Shown: piece after piece, positions 19,334 to 29,930 of the stretch
How the letters are laid out: each line of letters starts with the position of its first letter
Numbering within the stretch: the stretch's first letter is position 1
Source of the DNA: Prochlorococcus sp. AG-347-G20
GTDB lineage: Bacteria; Cyanobacteriota; Cyanobacteriia; PCC-6307; Cyanobiaceae
DNA: 64,000 nt
Direction of reading: 5' to 3'
NCBI GenBank assembly: GCA_003281645.1
Contig: QCBJ01000003.1
Coordinates: 17,796 to 81,795 of the forward strand
The notes under the pieces: model-generated
Seen by the model: only the letters and a program-made list of their open reading frames with translations
Databases searched by the model: none
What the model was told of the DNA's origin: nothing
Position numbers and translations under genes: made by a program

Positions 19334-20646
19334 TTTAGTGAATCAATTAACGGTAAAAGTTTCCACTTTAGTTCATCAGTTTCCTCTTCAGGGTTTGAGT
19401 CAATAACTATTCCGCAACCAGCATATATATTGATTTTTTTGTCTTTAACTAAAAATGATCTTATTAGTATATTGCTGTCAAACTCCCCATTCCAGTCAAG
19501 CTTCAAAAATGAGCCACAGTATGGTCCGCGTTCACATTCTTCTAATTCAAAAAGTCTCTGGCATGATCTTAATTTAGGTGCTCCAGTTATAGACCCCCCA
19601 GGCCAACAAGCTTTTAGTAAATCAATCCAGTTTTTGTCTTTTTTTAATTTGCCTCTGATTACTGAAGTTAGATGATGAACTTTTAAGAAACTTTCAAGTT
19701 TTAATATTTCTGGCACCATAATACTTCCTGTTTCGCAAACTTTACTTAAATCATTTCTTATTAGGTCAACAATCATAATATTTTCGGCTCTATCTTTTTC
19801 GTTCGTTATTAAATCGATAGCATTAAGTGCGTCTTGATTTAAATCTTTATCTCTGGATCTAGTTCCTTTGATAGGTCTTGATTCTACAAAATTTTTATTA
19901 TCTATTTTTATAAATCTTTCTGGCGAGGTAGATAATACAGCCTCTTTATAATTATCATTATTTATTATTATTCCTCCAAAGGGAGCTCTTAATTTCCTTC
20001 TTATTTTCAAATAAATATCTAGAGGATTATAGTTTTTGGAAGATTTAATTTCGCATTTAGTTGTTAGGTTTGCTTGAAATATATCACCTAGGGAAATTAA
20101 TTTTTTCAATTTTAAAATATTTTTCTGAAATTTTTCAGCCATTGCGTCCAAATTTATTTTTGAAAAATCAAAATTCAAATTTGTTTCAATTATATTTTCT
20201 TCTTCAATATTTTTTATATTGTTGATTATGTTTTTATAATTAATCAGTTCAGATGAGTTTGTGCCTTCGATAATTATTTCTTTTTTTATTAGATTACATT
20301 TAATGATTGGATCATATGATGCAATCCATAAAGTTGCCATATTAGATTTTCGCCATGGGTTTTTTGGTTCTATGTAAACTCCAGCTTCATAACTTAACCA
20401 TCCGATCCAAAATCCTTTTTCAATATTTTTTAAATTGCTAAATGGATTATTAGTTTTGTCTAAGTTATTGATATCTCTTGATTGGATTATTTTTTTAGGT
20501 TTAATTCCTATTATTGACCATTCCCCATTTTCTTTGCCATCACTGTCTAGCCAAGCTAATCCTTTATCTCCGAATTTTTTTGTTAGATGATGCGTAATCA
20601 GTGCTGGATCTATCCATTTTTCTAGAATTATTTTTTTTATTTTCAT
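19330..20646 (-). CDS. pabB: Aminodeoxychorismate synthase component I (anthranilate synthase component I family)
   Basis: SPERF, RPIKGT, ENIMIVDLIRNDL, PGGSITGAPK; the PIKGT lysine is typical of PabB. Confidence 0.88.
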   Translation of the reverse strand: MKIKKIILEKWIDPALITHHLTKKFGDKGLAWLDSDGKENGEWSIIGIKPKKIIQSRDINNLDKTNNPFSNLKNIEKGFWIGWLSYEAGVYIEPKNPWRKSNMATLWIASYDPIIKCNLIKKEIIIEGTNSSELINYKNIINNIKNIEEENIIETNLNFDFSKINLDAMAEKFQKNILKLKKLISLGDIFQANLTTKCEIKSSKNYNPLDIYLKIRRKLRAPFGGIIINNDNYKEAVLSTSPERFIKIDNKNFVESRPIKGTRSRDKDLNQDALNAIDLITNEKDRAENIMIVDLIRNDLSKVCETGSIMVPEILKLESFLKVHHLTSVIRGKLKKDKNWIDLLKACWPGGSITGAPKLRSCQRLFELEECERGPYCGSFLKLDWNGEFDSNILIRSFLVKDKKINIYAGCGIVIDSNPEEETDELKWKLLPLIDSLK

Positions 20647-21317
20647 TTTTTATTATTGTTATTAAGCCATTTTTCATAAGCGGCAATTCTAATTCTGCAG
20701 CTATCACACTTACCGCATGGTTTTGAATTACCCGAATAACAACTCCATGTTTTATCTAAAGGGACATTATTAGCAAAAGCTAATTGAATAATTTCCTCTT
20801 TATTTAAATCTAATAGTGGCGTCCAAAGTTTTATTGGATTATTTTCTCTTCCTCTTTTATTGGCTAAATCTGCTAATTCTTGAAATTTTTTAATGTAGTC
20901 AGGTCTGCAATCTGGATAACCAGAATAATCTAGTGCATTAACTCCTAATCCTATAAAATCAGCATCTATAGCTTCGGCATAACTTAGTGCAACGGAAATA
21001 AATATAGTATTTCTCCCAGGAACATAAGTATTAGGAATTTTATTAGTTTGCAATCCTTCTTTCGGAATATTTTTTTGAGTATCAGTTAATGATGAGCCTC
21101 CCCATAGAGATAAGTCAAGCTTAATGATTTTAAATTCTTCGATATCAAAGTGTTTTGCAATTATTGATGCAGAATTTAATTCTTTTTTATGACGTTGACC
21201 GTAGTCAAATGAAAGGCCAAAAATTTTAGCTTCGGATTTTTTGGCGATACCAGTAACTGTAGAAGAATCTAAACCTCCAGATAATAAAACTACTATCGAT
21301 TTATTTTGAAGAGTCAT
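20643..21317 (-). CDS. queC: 7-cyano-7-deazaguanine synthase
   Basis: SGGLDS, YGQRH, YVPGRN, YPDCR, SCY...CGKCDSC. Confidence 0.97.
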   Translation of the reverse strand: MTLQNKSIVVLLSGGLDSSTVTGIAKKSEAKIFGLSFDYGQRHKKELNSASIIAKHFDIEEFKIIKLDLSLWGGSSLTDTQKNIPKEGLQTNKIPNTYVPGRNTIFISVALSYAEAIDADFIGLGVNALDYSGYPDCRPDYIKKFQELADLANKRGRENNPIKLWTPLLDLNKEEIIQLAFANNVPLDKTWSCYSGNSKPCGKCDSCRIRIAAYEKWLNNNNKK

Positions 21318-21323
21318 ATGATT

Positions 21324-22001
21324 TCAATTAATTTTTAAGTATTTGTGAGTTTGAAGGCTCAATTTCCAATCGGGGTTATTTTTTACGAAATCGATAGCAA
21401 GAGAAAAACCATTCGCATTGTTCCATGCTGGCTGTAAATAAAAAATTTTATCTTCTTTTTTTAAGCTATCTTCGCTTTTAGAGAGTTGATATTGTTTTAA
21501 AGTTTCTTTTTTTATTTGAATAGCAAATTCAATATCTTCTATTTCATTTATGATTATTTTGATTTCATTACAGTTTTTTAAAAAATAATTTTTTGGAGGT
21601 GAGTGTCTTTTAGGAGATAATGTAATCCAGTCATAGCTTCCTGATATCGAATTAACTCCACTTGTTTCAATATGAATCTTCATTGGTTTTTGTTCTTCTC
21701 CCATCGTCATTTTCTTTATGGCTTTGCAAAAATTATCCAAGTTATGTTGTAAAGGTTCTCCACCTGTAATAACGCAAAAAGATGCTCCTTTTTTTCTGGC
21801 AATTTTTATGCGATCTATTATTTTTTCAATTGATATAGAAGGGTGTTTTTTCTCGTCCCACGAATTCTTGGTATCGCACCATGAACATCCAACTTTACAA
21901 CCAGCTAATCTTACAAAAAAAGCACTTTTTCCAGCGTGATAACCTTCACCTTGTAATGAATGAAATTGTTCGACTAAGGGCAAAAAATTTGTCATTTTCA
22001 T
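21324..22001 (-). CDS. queE: 7-carboxy-7-deazaguanine synthase (radical SAM)
   Basis: SLQGEG, CxxxCxxC (CKVGCSWC), TGGEP, SLQTHK. Confidence 0.93.
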   Translation of the reverse strand: MKMTNFLPLVEQFHSLQGEGYHAGKSAFFVRLAGCKVGCSWCDTKNSWDEKKHPSISIEKIIDRIKIARKKGASFCVITGGEPLQHNLDNFCKAIKKMTMGEEQKPMKIHIETSGVNSISGSYDWITLSPKRHSPPKNYFLKNCNEIKIIINEIEDIEFAIQIKKETLKQYQLSKSEDSLKKEDKIFYLQPAWNNANGFSLAIDFVKNNPDWKLSLQTHKYLKIN

Positions 22002-22019
22002 TCAAAAAAATAAAGAATA

Positions 22020-23630
22020 TTAATTTGATTGAGTTAACTTATCTTGAGAGGCTTTTATTAGTCCTTTAAATAAAGGATGAGGTTTGCCAGGTCGTGATAA
22101 AAACTCAGGATGATATTGACAGGCTAAGAAGTATGGATGATTTTCTAACTCAATTAACTCAACTAATCTGCCATCTGGTGATGTACCACTAATTTTGTAT
22201 CCAGAATCTAAAAAACTTTGTTTGTAGTAATTATTAAATTCGTATCTATGTCGATGTCTCTCATAAATAACATCCTCATCATATAAGTTTTTTCCAGTTG
22301 TATTTTTTGTCAATCTACATGGATAAACTCCAAGTCTCATTGTCCCACCTAAATCAACTACATCTTCCTGTTCTGGTAATAAATGTATCACTGGATTTGG
22401 AGTGTTTGGGTCTAGTTCTGAACTAGATGCATCTGGAAGATGTGCTACATTCCTGGCCCATTCTATAACTGCACATTGCATACCAAGGCACAAACCTAAA
22501 AAGGGAATTTTATTTTCTCTTGAGAATTTTATAGCCGAAATTTTTCCATTGACTCCTCTATTGCCAAATCCCCCGGGTACGACAATTGCATCAACTTCAT
22601 TTAAATAAGTTTCTGCTGAATTTTTTTCTATCATTTCAGCACTTACCCAATGTAAATCTAATAAAGCCTTTTGTTCAATGCATGCATGTCTTAAAGCTTC
22701 AACAACGGATAAATATGCATCTCCAAGTTCAATATATTTGCCTACAAGGGCAACTTTTATTGGATCTCCAGGATTTCTTAGGTTGTGTATTAGTTGTTCC
22801 CAATTTTTCAAATCACATTTTTTATCTTCAAGGTCTAAATACTTCAGCGTTTCTTTGCATAAACCTTCTTTTTTTAAAGAAAGAGGTACAGAATAAATAC
22901 TGTCTGCGTCTAAAGCTTCAATTACAGAGTTGATATTGACACCGCAAAAACCACTAAGCTTTTTTTTAAGAGCTTCATTGATAGATTTATCACTTCGGCA
23001 TACAAGTAAATCTGGCTGAATTCCAATTGATCTTAATTCCTTCACTGAATGTTGTGTTGGTTTAGTTTTTATTTCGCCAGAGGTTTTGATGTAAGGAAGT
23101 AATGTTACGTGTATGTATGCAACATCGTTCCTATTGACATCATTTTTGAATTCTCTTATTGCCTCTAAAAAAGGTAGAGATTCAATATCACCAACTGTTC
23201 CACCAATTTCAGTAATAATAATATCTGCATTGCTGTTAGCAGCTACTCTATGAATCCTTTCTCTAATTTCTCCCGTTATGTGAGGTATTACTTGCACAGT
23301 TCCACCGTTATAATTACCTCTTCTTTCTTTATTAATAACTGCTTGATAAATAGATCCCGTTGTTACACTATTCAACCTAGTCATTGCAGTATCAGTAAAT
23401 CTTTCGTAGTGACCTAAATCTAGATCGGTTTCAGCCCCATCTTCGGTTACAAATACTTCTCCATGTTGAAAAGGGCTCATAGTGCCTGGATCAACATTTA
23501 GATATGGATCTAGTTTTAATATTGAAACACTATATCCTCTAGACTTTAATAATCTACCTAAGCTTGCAGCTACAATTCCTTTACCAATGCTAGAAACTAC
23601 TCCTCCGGTGACAAAAACAAATTTTGACAT
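22020..23630 (-). CDS. pyrG: CTP synthase
   Basis: [32 protein letters not shown]. Confidence 0.98.
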   Translation of the reverse strand: MSKFVFVTGGVVSSIGKGIVAASLGRLLKSRGYSVSILKLDPYLNVDPGTMSPFQHGEVFVTEDGAETDLDLGHYERFTDTAMTRLNSVTTGSIYQAVINKERRGNYNGGTVQVIPHITGEIRERIHRVAANSNADIIITEIGGTVGDIESLPFLEAIREFKNDVNRNDVAYIHVTLLPYIKTSGEIKTKPTQHSVKELRSIGIQPDLLVCRSDKSINEALKKKLSGFCGVNINSVIEALDADSIYSVPLSLKKEGLCKETLKYLDLEDKKCDLKNWEQLIHNLRNPGDPIKVALVGKYIELGDAYLSVVEALRHACIEQKALLDLHWVSAEMIEKNSAETYLNEVDAIVVPGGFGNRGVNGKISAIKFSRENKIPFLGLCLGMQCAVIEWARNVAHLPDASSSELDPNTPNPVIHLLPEQEDVVDLGGTMRLGVYPCRLTKNTTGKNLYDEDVIYERHRHRYEFNNYYKQSFLDSGYKISGTSPDGRLVELIELENHPYFLACQYHPEFLSRPGKPHPLFKGLIKASQDKLTQSN

Positions 23631-23705
23631 TAAATATTTTTAATTAAGCACTGCCTCCTTATATTTTATTTAAACAAAAAACTTTTAGAACATCCATATG
23701 TATTC

Positions 23706-25502
23706 TTATTCATCAATTGTTATTTCAATATCTAATTCCTTTAATTGTGATTCTGTGACATTTGAAGGCGCATTTGTGAGAAGACATTTTGCTTGTTGAT
23801 TTTTTGGAAACGCTATTGTTTCTCTGATTGAATCTGCACCTATGATCAGCATGGTAATACGATCTAATCCAAATGCTATTCCACCATGAGGAGGAGCACC
23901 CATTTCTAAGGCTTCTATTAAAAATCCAAATTTTTCATTAATCTCTTTAACAGTAAGTCCTACCGTTTTCAAAACCTCTCTTTGCAAGTTTGCTTCATGA
24001 ATACGTAAAGAGCCACCTCCTAATTCCAAGCCATTAAGAACTAAGTCATAAGCATTTGCTATAGAGTCCTCGATTTCTTTTTGCAAGTCTACAGGATCTT
24101 TAGATTTTATATTTTTTGGAGAACAAAAAGGATGATGTAAAGCTTCATATCTATTTTCCTCTTCATTTCTCTCAAACATCGGGAAATCAGTTACCCATAA
24201 GAAATTCCATTTACTTTTATCTATGAGATTTAAGTCTTTTGCGATGTATTGTCTCACTCTATCTAATGACTGGTTGACAATTTGTTTATCTCCAGCACCC
24301 AAGAGGATTAAGTCTCCATCTTGCGCTTCGGTGATTCTTAAAATATCAGCTATATGCTCTTCATTTAGATTATTTTTAATTGCCCCAATTGTCTCAAGCT
24401 CATCTCCTTTGACCCTTATAAAGGCCAAACCACCAGCTCCTGCATCTTGAGCTACTTGGAATATATCACCTCCGGGTTTAATTCTTACGTTGCTAATACT
24501 TAAATTACCTCCTTTGACTGTTATGGATTTTATATAGCCTCCAGACTTAATTGCTTTGGTGAAAATATTAAAACCAATATCACCTAATACTTCTCCTAAA
24601 TCTTTTAATAACATTTGATATCTGGTGTCTGGTCTATCAGTGCCGTAATTATCCATTGCTGCTTGCCATGACATTCTTGGAAAAGCATTATCAAAATCAA
24701 TATTTAATATTTCTTTCCATATTTTTTTTATAAGACTTTCATTAAAAGAGATTATTTCTTCTTCACTAATAAAGCTCATTTCAATATCTAATTGCGTAAA
24801 CTCTGGCTGTCTATCTGCCCTTAAGTCTTCATCACGGAAACATTTTGCGATTTGATAATACTTATCTAAGCCTCCCACCATTAAAAGTTGTTTAAATAGT
24901 TGTGGGGATTGAGGTAGAGCAAAAAATTCTCCATTCGAAAGACGAGCAGGAACAAGAAAATCGCGAGCGCCTTCTGGAGTTGATTTTGTAAGTAATGGAG
25001 TCTCTACTTCTGTAAATCCAAAATTATCAAGAAATTCTCTAGCAACTTTAATAATTTTATGTCTTGTTTTTAAATTTTCTAGTAATTTGCCTCTTCTTAA
25101 ATCAAGGTATCTATATTTTAATCTGAGTTCCTCTTTTGTATTTTCATAATCATGTATAGATACTGGAAAAGGTAGGTTTTTTTTAATTTGGTTGAGAATT
25201 TGCAAATCTTTAACTTTAAGCTCTAACTCTCCAGTACTTAAATTTTTATTTATTGAATCTTTTGGCCTTTTGTGAATAATTCCGCTAACCATTATTACTG
25301 TTTCATTTCTTAGAGTTTCTGCCTGTTTAAATAGATCTGCACCATCATCGGGGTTAATTGTTATTTGTAGAAATCCACTATGGTCTCGTAAATCAATAAA
25401 AATTACACCACCATGATCTCTTCTTCGATCTACCCATCCGCATAAATTAACTAATTTACCAATATCTGTATTATTGAGTTCTTTGCAAATTTTGTTTCTC
25501 AT
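23706..25502 (-). CDS. aspS: Aspartate--tRNA ligase (possibly non-discriminating Asp/Asn type)
   Basis: [42 protein letters not shown]. Confidence 0.97.
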   Translation of the reverse strand: MRNKICKELNNTDIGKLVNLCGWVDRRRDHGGVIFIDLRDHSGFLQITINPDDGADLFKQAETLRNETVIMVSGIIHKRPKDSINKNLSTGELELKVKDLQILNQIKKNLPFPVSIHDYENTKEELRLKYRYLDLRRGKLLENLKTRHKIIKVAREFLDNFGFTEVETPLLTKSTPEGARDFLVPARLSNGEFFALPQSPQLFKQLLMVGGLDKYYQIAKCFRDEDLRADRQPEFTQLDIEMSFISEEEIISFNESLIKKIWKEILNIDFDNAFPRMSWQAAMDNYGTDRPDTRYQMLLKDLGEVLGDIGFNIFTKAIKSGGYIKSITVKGGNLSISNVRIKPGGDIFQVAQDAGAGGLAFIRVKGDELETIGAIKNNLNEEHIADILRITEAQDGDLILLGAGDKQIVNQSLDRVRQYIAKDLNLIDKSKWNFLWVTDFPMFERNEEENRYEALHHPFCSPKNIKSKDPVDLQKEIEDSIANAYDLVLNGLELGGGSLRIHEANLQREVLKTVGLTVKEINEKFGFLIEALEMGAPPHGGIAFGLDRITMLIIGADSIRETIAFPKNQQAKCLLTNAPSNVTESQLKELDIEITIDE

Positions 25503-25557
25503 CTAAGTATGATTTATTTATCAATAACTTATAATAATTCTTTAAGGGTAAATTTAG

Positions 25558-26670
25558 TTAATAATTTTTTTTATAAAACGCCCTCTTTGTTATTACCCCT
25601 TTGAATTTTTTGCCTCTTATTGATATTTGAACCTCATTATTTATTAAGGCATGCGAAGTGTTGATGTATGCAAAAGCTATAGCTTGTTGTTTAGTTGGAG
25701 ACCAACTGCCGCTTGTAATAGTCCCAATATTTTCTTCACCTTTTAGAACTGCGCAACCTTTTCTTCCTATTGCTTTACCTTCTATAGAGAGACCAACTAA
25801 CTTTTTTTTAATACCTAATCTTGACTGCTCTTCAAGAAATCTTCTTCCAAAGAATTCGTGATTATTTTCAAGATGTACTAGCCAGCCTAACCCTGCTTCA
25901 TATGGAGAAGTTTCTTCATTTATGTCTTGACCATAAAGATGCATGCCAGCTTCAAGTCTAAGAGTATCTCTAGCTCCTAAACCACAAGGTGCAACATTTT
26001 TGGAAATTGAGAAATCCCATAAATTAATTGCTGCTTTTTTAGATAAAAGTATTTCTAGACCATTTTCCCCCGTATAGCCTGTCTTTGAAAAGAAAATTTT
26101 TTCTTTAGGCGAAATATGTTCAAAAATTTTATATTCGCATCCAAAGTTAGGGATATGTGAGATCGAAGATTCAATCCATTCTTCAAATAACTTGAATGAG
26201 TTTTTTCCCTGTAATGCTAAAAGTACTTTGTCTTTTTTAAAGTTTGTTATCGAAATTTCAGACATATTTAAATTATTTTTTATCCACTGAAAATCCTCTT
26301 CATATCTACTTGCATTAACTATTAATAATAATTCTGATATGTCATTTTCTTGTATACCAAGGTCATAAATTATTAAGTCATCTATTATTCCTCCTTTATC
26401 ATTGAGCATAACTGTATAAAGGCCCTGTCCCGCAGCAAAGGAGTATAAATTAGTAGGAAAAAGTTTTTGAATATAATCCTTTGGATTGATTCCCTTGATA
26501 GAAATCACACCCATGTGAGAAATATCAAATAATCCTGCTGAAGATCTAACTGATTCATGCTCTTTAATTAATCCTGAAAATGATATGGGCATTTCCCAAC
26601 CTGCAAAATCCACTAATTTTGCATTGGATTCAAAATATTTTGAATAAAGAGGACTTTTTAGCAAATCCAT
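25558..26670 (-). CDS. gcvT: Glycine cleavage system aminomethyltransferase T
   Basis: [33 protein letters not shown]. Confidence 0.96.
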   Translation of the reverse strand: MDLLKSPLYSKYFESNAKLVDFAGWEMPISFSGLIKEHESVRSSAGLFDISHMGVISIKGINPKDYIQKLFPTNLYSFAAGQGLYTVMLNDKGGIIDDLIIYDLGIQENDISELLLIVNASRYEEDFQWIKNNLNMSEISITNFKKDKVLLALQGKNSFKLFEEWIESSISHIPNFGCEYKIFEHISPKEKIFFSKTGYTGENGLEILLSKKAAINLWDFSISKNVAPCGLGARDTLRLEAGMHLYGQDINEETSPYEAGLGWLVHLENNHEFFGRRFLEEQSRLGIKKKLVGLSIEGKAIGRKGCAVLKGEENIGTITSGSWSPTKQQAIAFAYINTSHALINNEVQISIRGKKFKGVITKRAFYKKNY

Positions 26671-26720
26671 GAAATATTTAGTTTGTATTCAGTATTTTTA
26701 CACTGTAGTTTAGAAATTTT

Positions 26721-27602
26721 TTATTGCATATTTTCTAATGACAAAATTAAGCTTCTAAGTACTTTGGCTGCAACTACGCTACTTACTCCGCTTTTATCAA
26801 TTTCTGGAGATAATTCCACAATATCTGAAGCCACAATTCTAAGATCTTTTAAAGTTTTCAGTATTTCTTCAAAATCATTCCAAAAAAATCCTCCTGGTTC
26901 TGGAGTGCCCGTCCCTGCTAGTAAACTGGGATCAAACCAATCTAAATCTATTGTTAAATAGATTGGAGACTTCACATATGGTAGAAGAGCTTGTTTTAAC
27001 TCATGTGCATTTCCGCCTGGACAAAAGTTAACTAATTGGTTGTTGTTATGCATAATTTCAAATTCTTCTTTAGTCCCACTTCTAATTCCTACTTGCAAAA
27101 TTGTTTTTTCAGGTAGCACTTCTAAGCATCTTTTCATAGTACAAGCATGACTATGTTCATTCCCTATATATGATTCTCTTAAATCTGCGTGAGCATCAAG
27201 TTGAACCAATATCAAATCTGGATATTTTTTTACTAATGCTTCAATAGCACCTCTTGTAATAGAGTGTTCGCCTCCAAGCATAATAGGACTAAGGCGTTTA
27301 CTAATTAAATAATTTGTTGCTGATTTAACGGATTCAATAACGGACTTTGAGTCATTTTTATCAATTAGTATTGATCCAAAATCAACATACATAATATCCT
27401 CTAAGTCTTTTTTTATTTTTGGACAATATGTTTCTAAACAAGAACTGACTTGTCTTATTGCTTCTGGACCAAATCTTGCTCCTGGTTTAAACGAACATGT
27501 CCCGTCATAATTAACTCCAAATATACCAATTGAGCAATTCTCGGGACTTCTTTTTGCTCCCATATAAATTGCATTTTCGTTATCAAATAAATTTTTTGTC
27601 AT
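26721..27602 (-). CDS. speB: Agmatinase
   Basis: GGEHSIT, DAHADL, DLDWFDP, GTGTPEPGG ureohydrolase motifs; adjacent to speE. Confidence 0.92.
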   Translation of the reverse strand: MTKNLFDNENAIYMGAKRSPENCSIGIFGVNYDGTCSFKPGARFGPEAIRQVSSCLETYCPKIKKDLEDIMYVDFGSILIDKNDSKSVIESVKSATNYLISKRLSPIMLGGEHSITRGAIEALVKKYPDLILVQLDAHADLRESYIGNEHSHACTMKRCLEVLPEKTILQVGIRSGTKEEFEIMHNNNQLVNFCPGGNAHELKQALLPYVKSPIYLTIDLDWFDPSLLAGTGTPEPGGFFWNDFEEILKTLKDLRIVASDIVELSPEIDKSGVSSVVAAKVLRSLILSLENMQ

Positions 27603-27603
27603 C

Positions 27604-28455
27604 TTATGAATCTATACCTTGTACAATTTTATTTGGCATCATTTTGAATGATGCATTTTGAAAATTTAAATTCCAAATTTCACATCCTTTTTCTATTTTT
27701 AGGACTTCATCATAATTTTGCTTTGATAAATTTAGATCTTCTGAAGAAGCGAATGTCCAACTCCAAATCCCGCTTGGATATATAGGCACAAAGGAATACA
27801 TAGTTTCAGAAACTTTAAATATATTTTTTAGGGTTTTCAAAATATTTATGTGAATATTTTCGAACGATTCAGGAGATTCGCTTTGCGTTGCTAATATCCC
27901 TTTTGGTGTAAGTATTCTTTTACATTCTTTATAAAAAGAATCTGAAAATAATAAATTTGAAAATTCTGAGGGATCTGAACTATCTATAAAAATAACGTCG
28001 TAAAAATTATCTCTTGTTTTTTTTACCCATTTAACACCATCATCAACATGTATTTTTAATCTTTTGTCATTCCATGCTTCGCCTCCAATTTCTTTTAAAA
28101 ATTTTCTAGATATTTTGATTACCTCCTCATCAATTTCTACTAGATCAATTTTTGATATTTGAGAATATTTAACGCATTCTCTTGCTGTACCTCCGTCTCC
28201 TCCACCAATAATTAATATATTAGATTTTTCGTCAATGCTACTTAATGCAGGATGCACAAGACACTCATGATAATATTTCTCGTCTTTTAATGATGTCATC
28301 CAGCAACCATCTAACATCAAAGCTTTACCATAATATTCATTTTCAATAACAATAATTTCTTGATATTTTGAGGTTTTTTTAATTAGAATTTTCCCATTTA
28401 GGCCGAATCTTGAGCCTTTATGATATTCATCTATCCATGTTGTAATATTTGTCAT
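27604..28455 (-). CDS. speE: Spermidine synthase (polyamine aminopropyltransferase)
   Basis: YHECLVHP, IIGGGDGG, VEID, DSSDP. Confidence 0.95.
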   Translation of the reverse strand: MTNITTWIDEYHKGSRFGLNGKILIKKTSKYQEIIVIENEYYGKALMLDGCWMTSLKDEKYYHECLVHPALSSIDEKSNILIIGGGDGGTARECVKYSQISKIDLVEIDEEVIKISRKFLKEIGGEAWNDKRLKIHVDDGVKWVKKTRDNFYDVIFIDSSDPSEFSNLLFSDSFYKECKRILTPKGILATQSESPESFENIHINILKTLKNIFKVSETMYSFVPIYPSGIWSWTFASSEDLNLSKQNYDEVLKIEKGCEIWNLNFQNASFKMMPNKIVQGIDS

Positions 28456-29339
28456 TTGCTTTTAGGATTTTTTCCCGCCAGTTTTTGCTTGGCTATTTGC
28501 CAAAGCCGTTGAAAGTCTTTGGGAGTTTGTTTTTTAATATTATCTCCTGCATGCTCTTCGACGATTGCAAATCTGTCTAAAAATTTTATATTAGTTTTTT
28601 GAAGAGCTGATTCAGGATTAATCTTTAAAAAGTTTGAGAGATTAAGAAGGGTAAAGTAAATATCCCCAAATTCATTTTTTATCTCTAAATCATTTTTACT
28701 TTTAATTGCTTCCTTTAATTCATTAATCTCTTCTTCTAACTTTTTAAAAATCTCATCAGTACTTTCCCACTTAAAACCATGTTCTTTAACAACATTTGTG
28801 ATTTTATCTGTTCCAACCGTTGGAGGTAAATTTTTAATTTTCAAATTTAAATTTCTACTAATTGAAGATTTCATATGAGGTGCTTTTTTTTCTAAATTTT
28901 TTATATTTACCCAAATCTGTTGTGATTTTTTTAATGATACTTTTTCTTTTTTGTTAAAAATATATGGATGTCTATTAATAATTTTATTGTTTAGATTTTT
29001 TATAACATCATTTAGTGCAAATTCTTTTTCTTCGTAACCGATTTGAGCATGAAGCATTACTTGTAATAAAAGATCTCCTAACTCCTCACATATGTTATCT
29101 ACATTTTTTTCATATATCGCATCTATAAATTCATTACTTTCTTCATACAAAAATGGGATCAACGATATATGAGACTGTAATTTCTGCCATGGGCAGCCCC
29201 AAGTTTTATCTTTTAATGCTTTGATATTAGATATTAAGATTTTAAAACTATTTATAGTCTCTAAATCGGAATTGTTTTCTAATTTATGTCTATTGTTTGA
29301 GGACATAGGATATATTTTATTAATTAAATTTTGCCTCAA
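28452..29339 (-). CDS. mazG: Nucleoside triphosphate pyrophosphohydrolase (two MazG domains)
   Basis: GCPW, EELGDLLLQ, RHPYIF and a second EEINE...EFGD domain; the true start may be the ATG at 29306. Confidence 0.9.
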   Translation of the reverse strand: MRQNLINKIYPMSSNNRHKLENNSDLETINSFKILISNIKALKDKTWGCPWQKLQSHISLIPFLYEESNEFIDAIYEKNVDNICEELGDLLLQVMLHAQIGYEEKEFALNDVIKNLNNKIINRHPYIFNKKEKVSLKKSQQIWVNIKNLEKKAPHMKSSISRNLNLKIKNLPPTVGTDKITNVVKEHGFKWESTDEIFKKLEEEINELKEAIKSKNDLEIKNEFGDIYFTLLNLSNFLKINPESALQKTNIKFLDRFAIVEEHAGDNIKKQTPKDFQRLWQIAKQKLAGKNPKSK

Positions 29340-29404
29340 TCATGAAATATTTAAATACTTAGTATAAATTTTTCAACTTCATCTATTAGAATGGTCTATT
29401 ATAA

Positions 29405-29476
<72 letters not shown>

Positions 29477-29491
29477 TTTATTATTTTTTTA

Positions 29492-29833
29492 ATGACTGAG
29501 ATCGTCAATCTTTCAATCAGTCAAAGTGCTGCTTCAGAACTATCTAGGCAGGCTTCTTTTGGAGGTTCTCCAGGAGAAATGTCGATTGATTTAGTAAATG
29601 ATAAAAATTGTTCTGAAGGATGGATGCATATTAAATTAAGGCCAGGAACATGTAATGGATCCCCTATTTCAAGAACTGAAGGAGTAACTTTATACGCGGA
29701 TGTAAAAAAGTTTAACCTACTAAAAGATTTAAAATTAGATTATTACGGTGATTTGAGCGGTGGTGGATTTCTTATTTCAACACCAAAAAATGCAATTCGT
29801 TGTTCCTGTGGTTCTGGCTTCAAACTTTTGTAG
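29492..29833 (+). CDS. HesB/IscA-like Fe-S cluster assembly accessory protein (divergent)
   Basis: C-terminal RCSCGSGF, N-terminal NCSEG cysteine, LDY...GGGFLI. Start moved to the ATG at 29492 because the longer ORF overlaps the tRNA. Confidence 0.75.
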   Translation: MTEIVNLSISQSAASELSRQASFGGSPGEMSIDLVNDKNCSEGWMHIKLRPGTCNGSPISRTEGVTLYADVKKFNLLKDLKLDYYGDLSGGGFLISTPKNAIRCSCGSGFKLL

Positions 29834-29930
29834 AATGGATGTATTTTTTTTTGCAAACTAATATTATTTTCATTAATTGGCTGCTCTCAAGATAAAATAA
29901 ACAAAAAGTTTATTGAAATAAAATTTGCAC

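Noticed and set aside
20643-22001. queC/queE as part of a 7-deazaguanine DNA-modification (dpd) defence system
   Set aside because: No dpdA/tgt-like gene or other dpd genes in the window; the context is housekeeping
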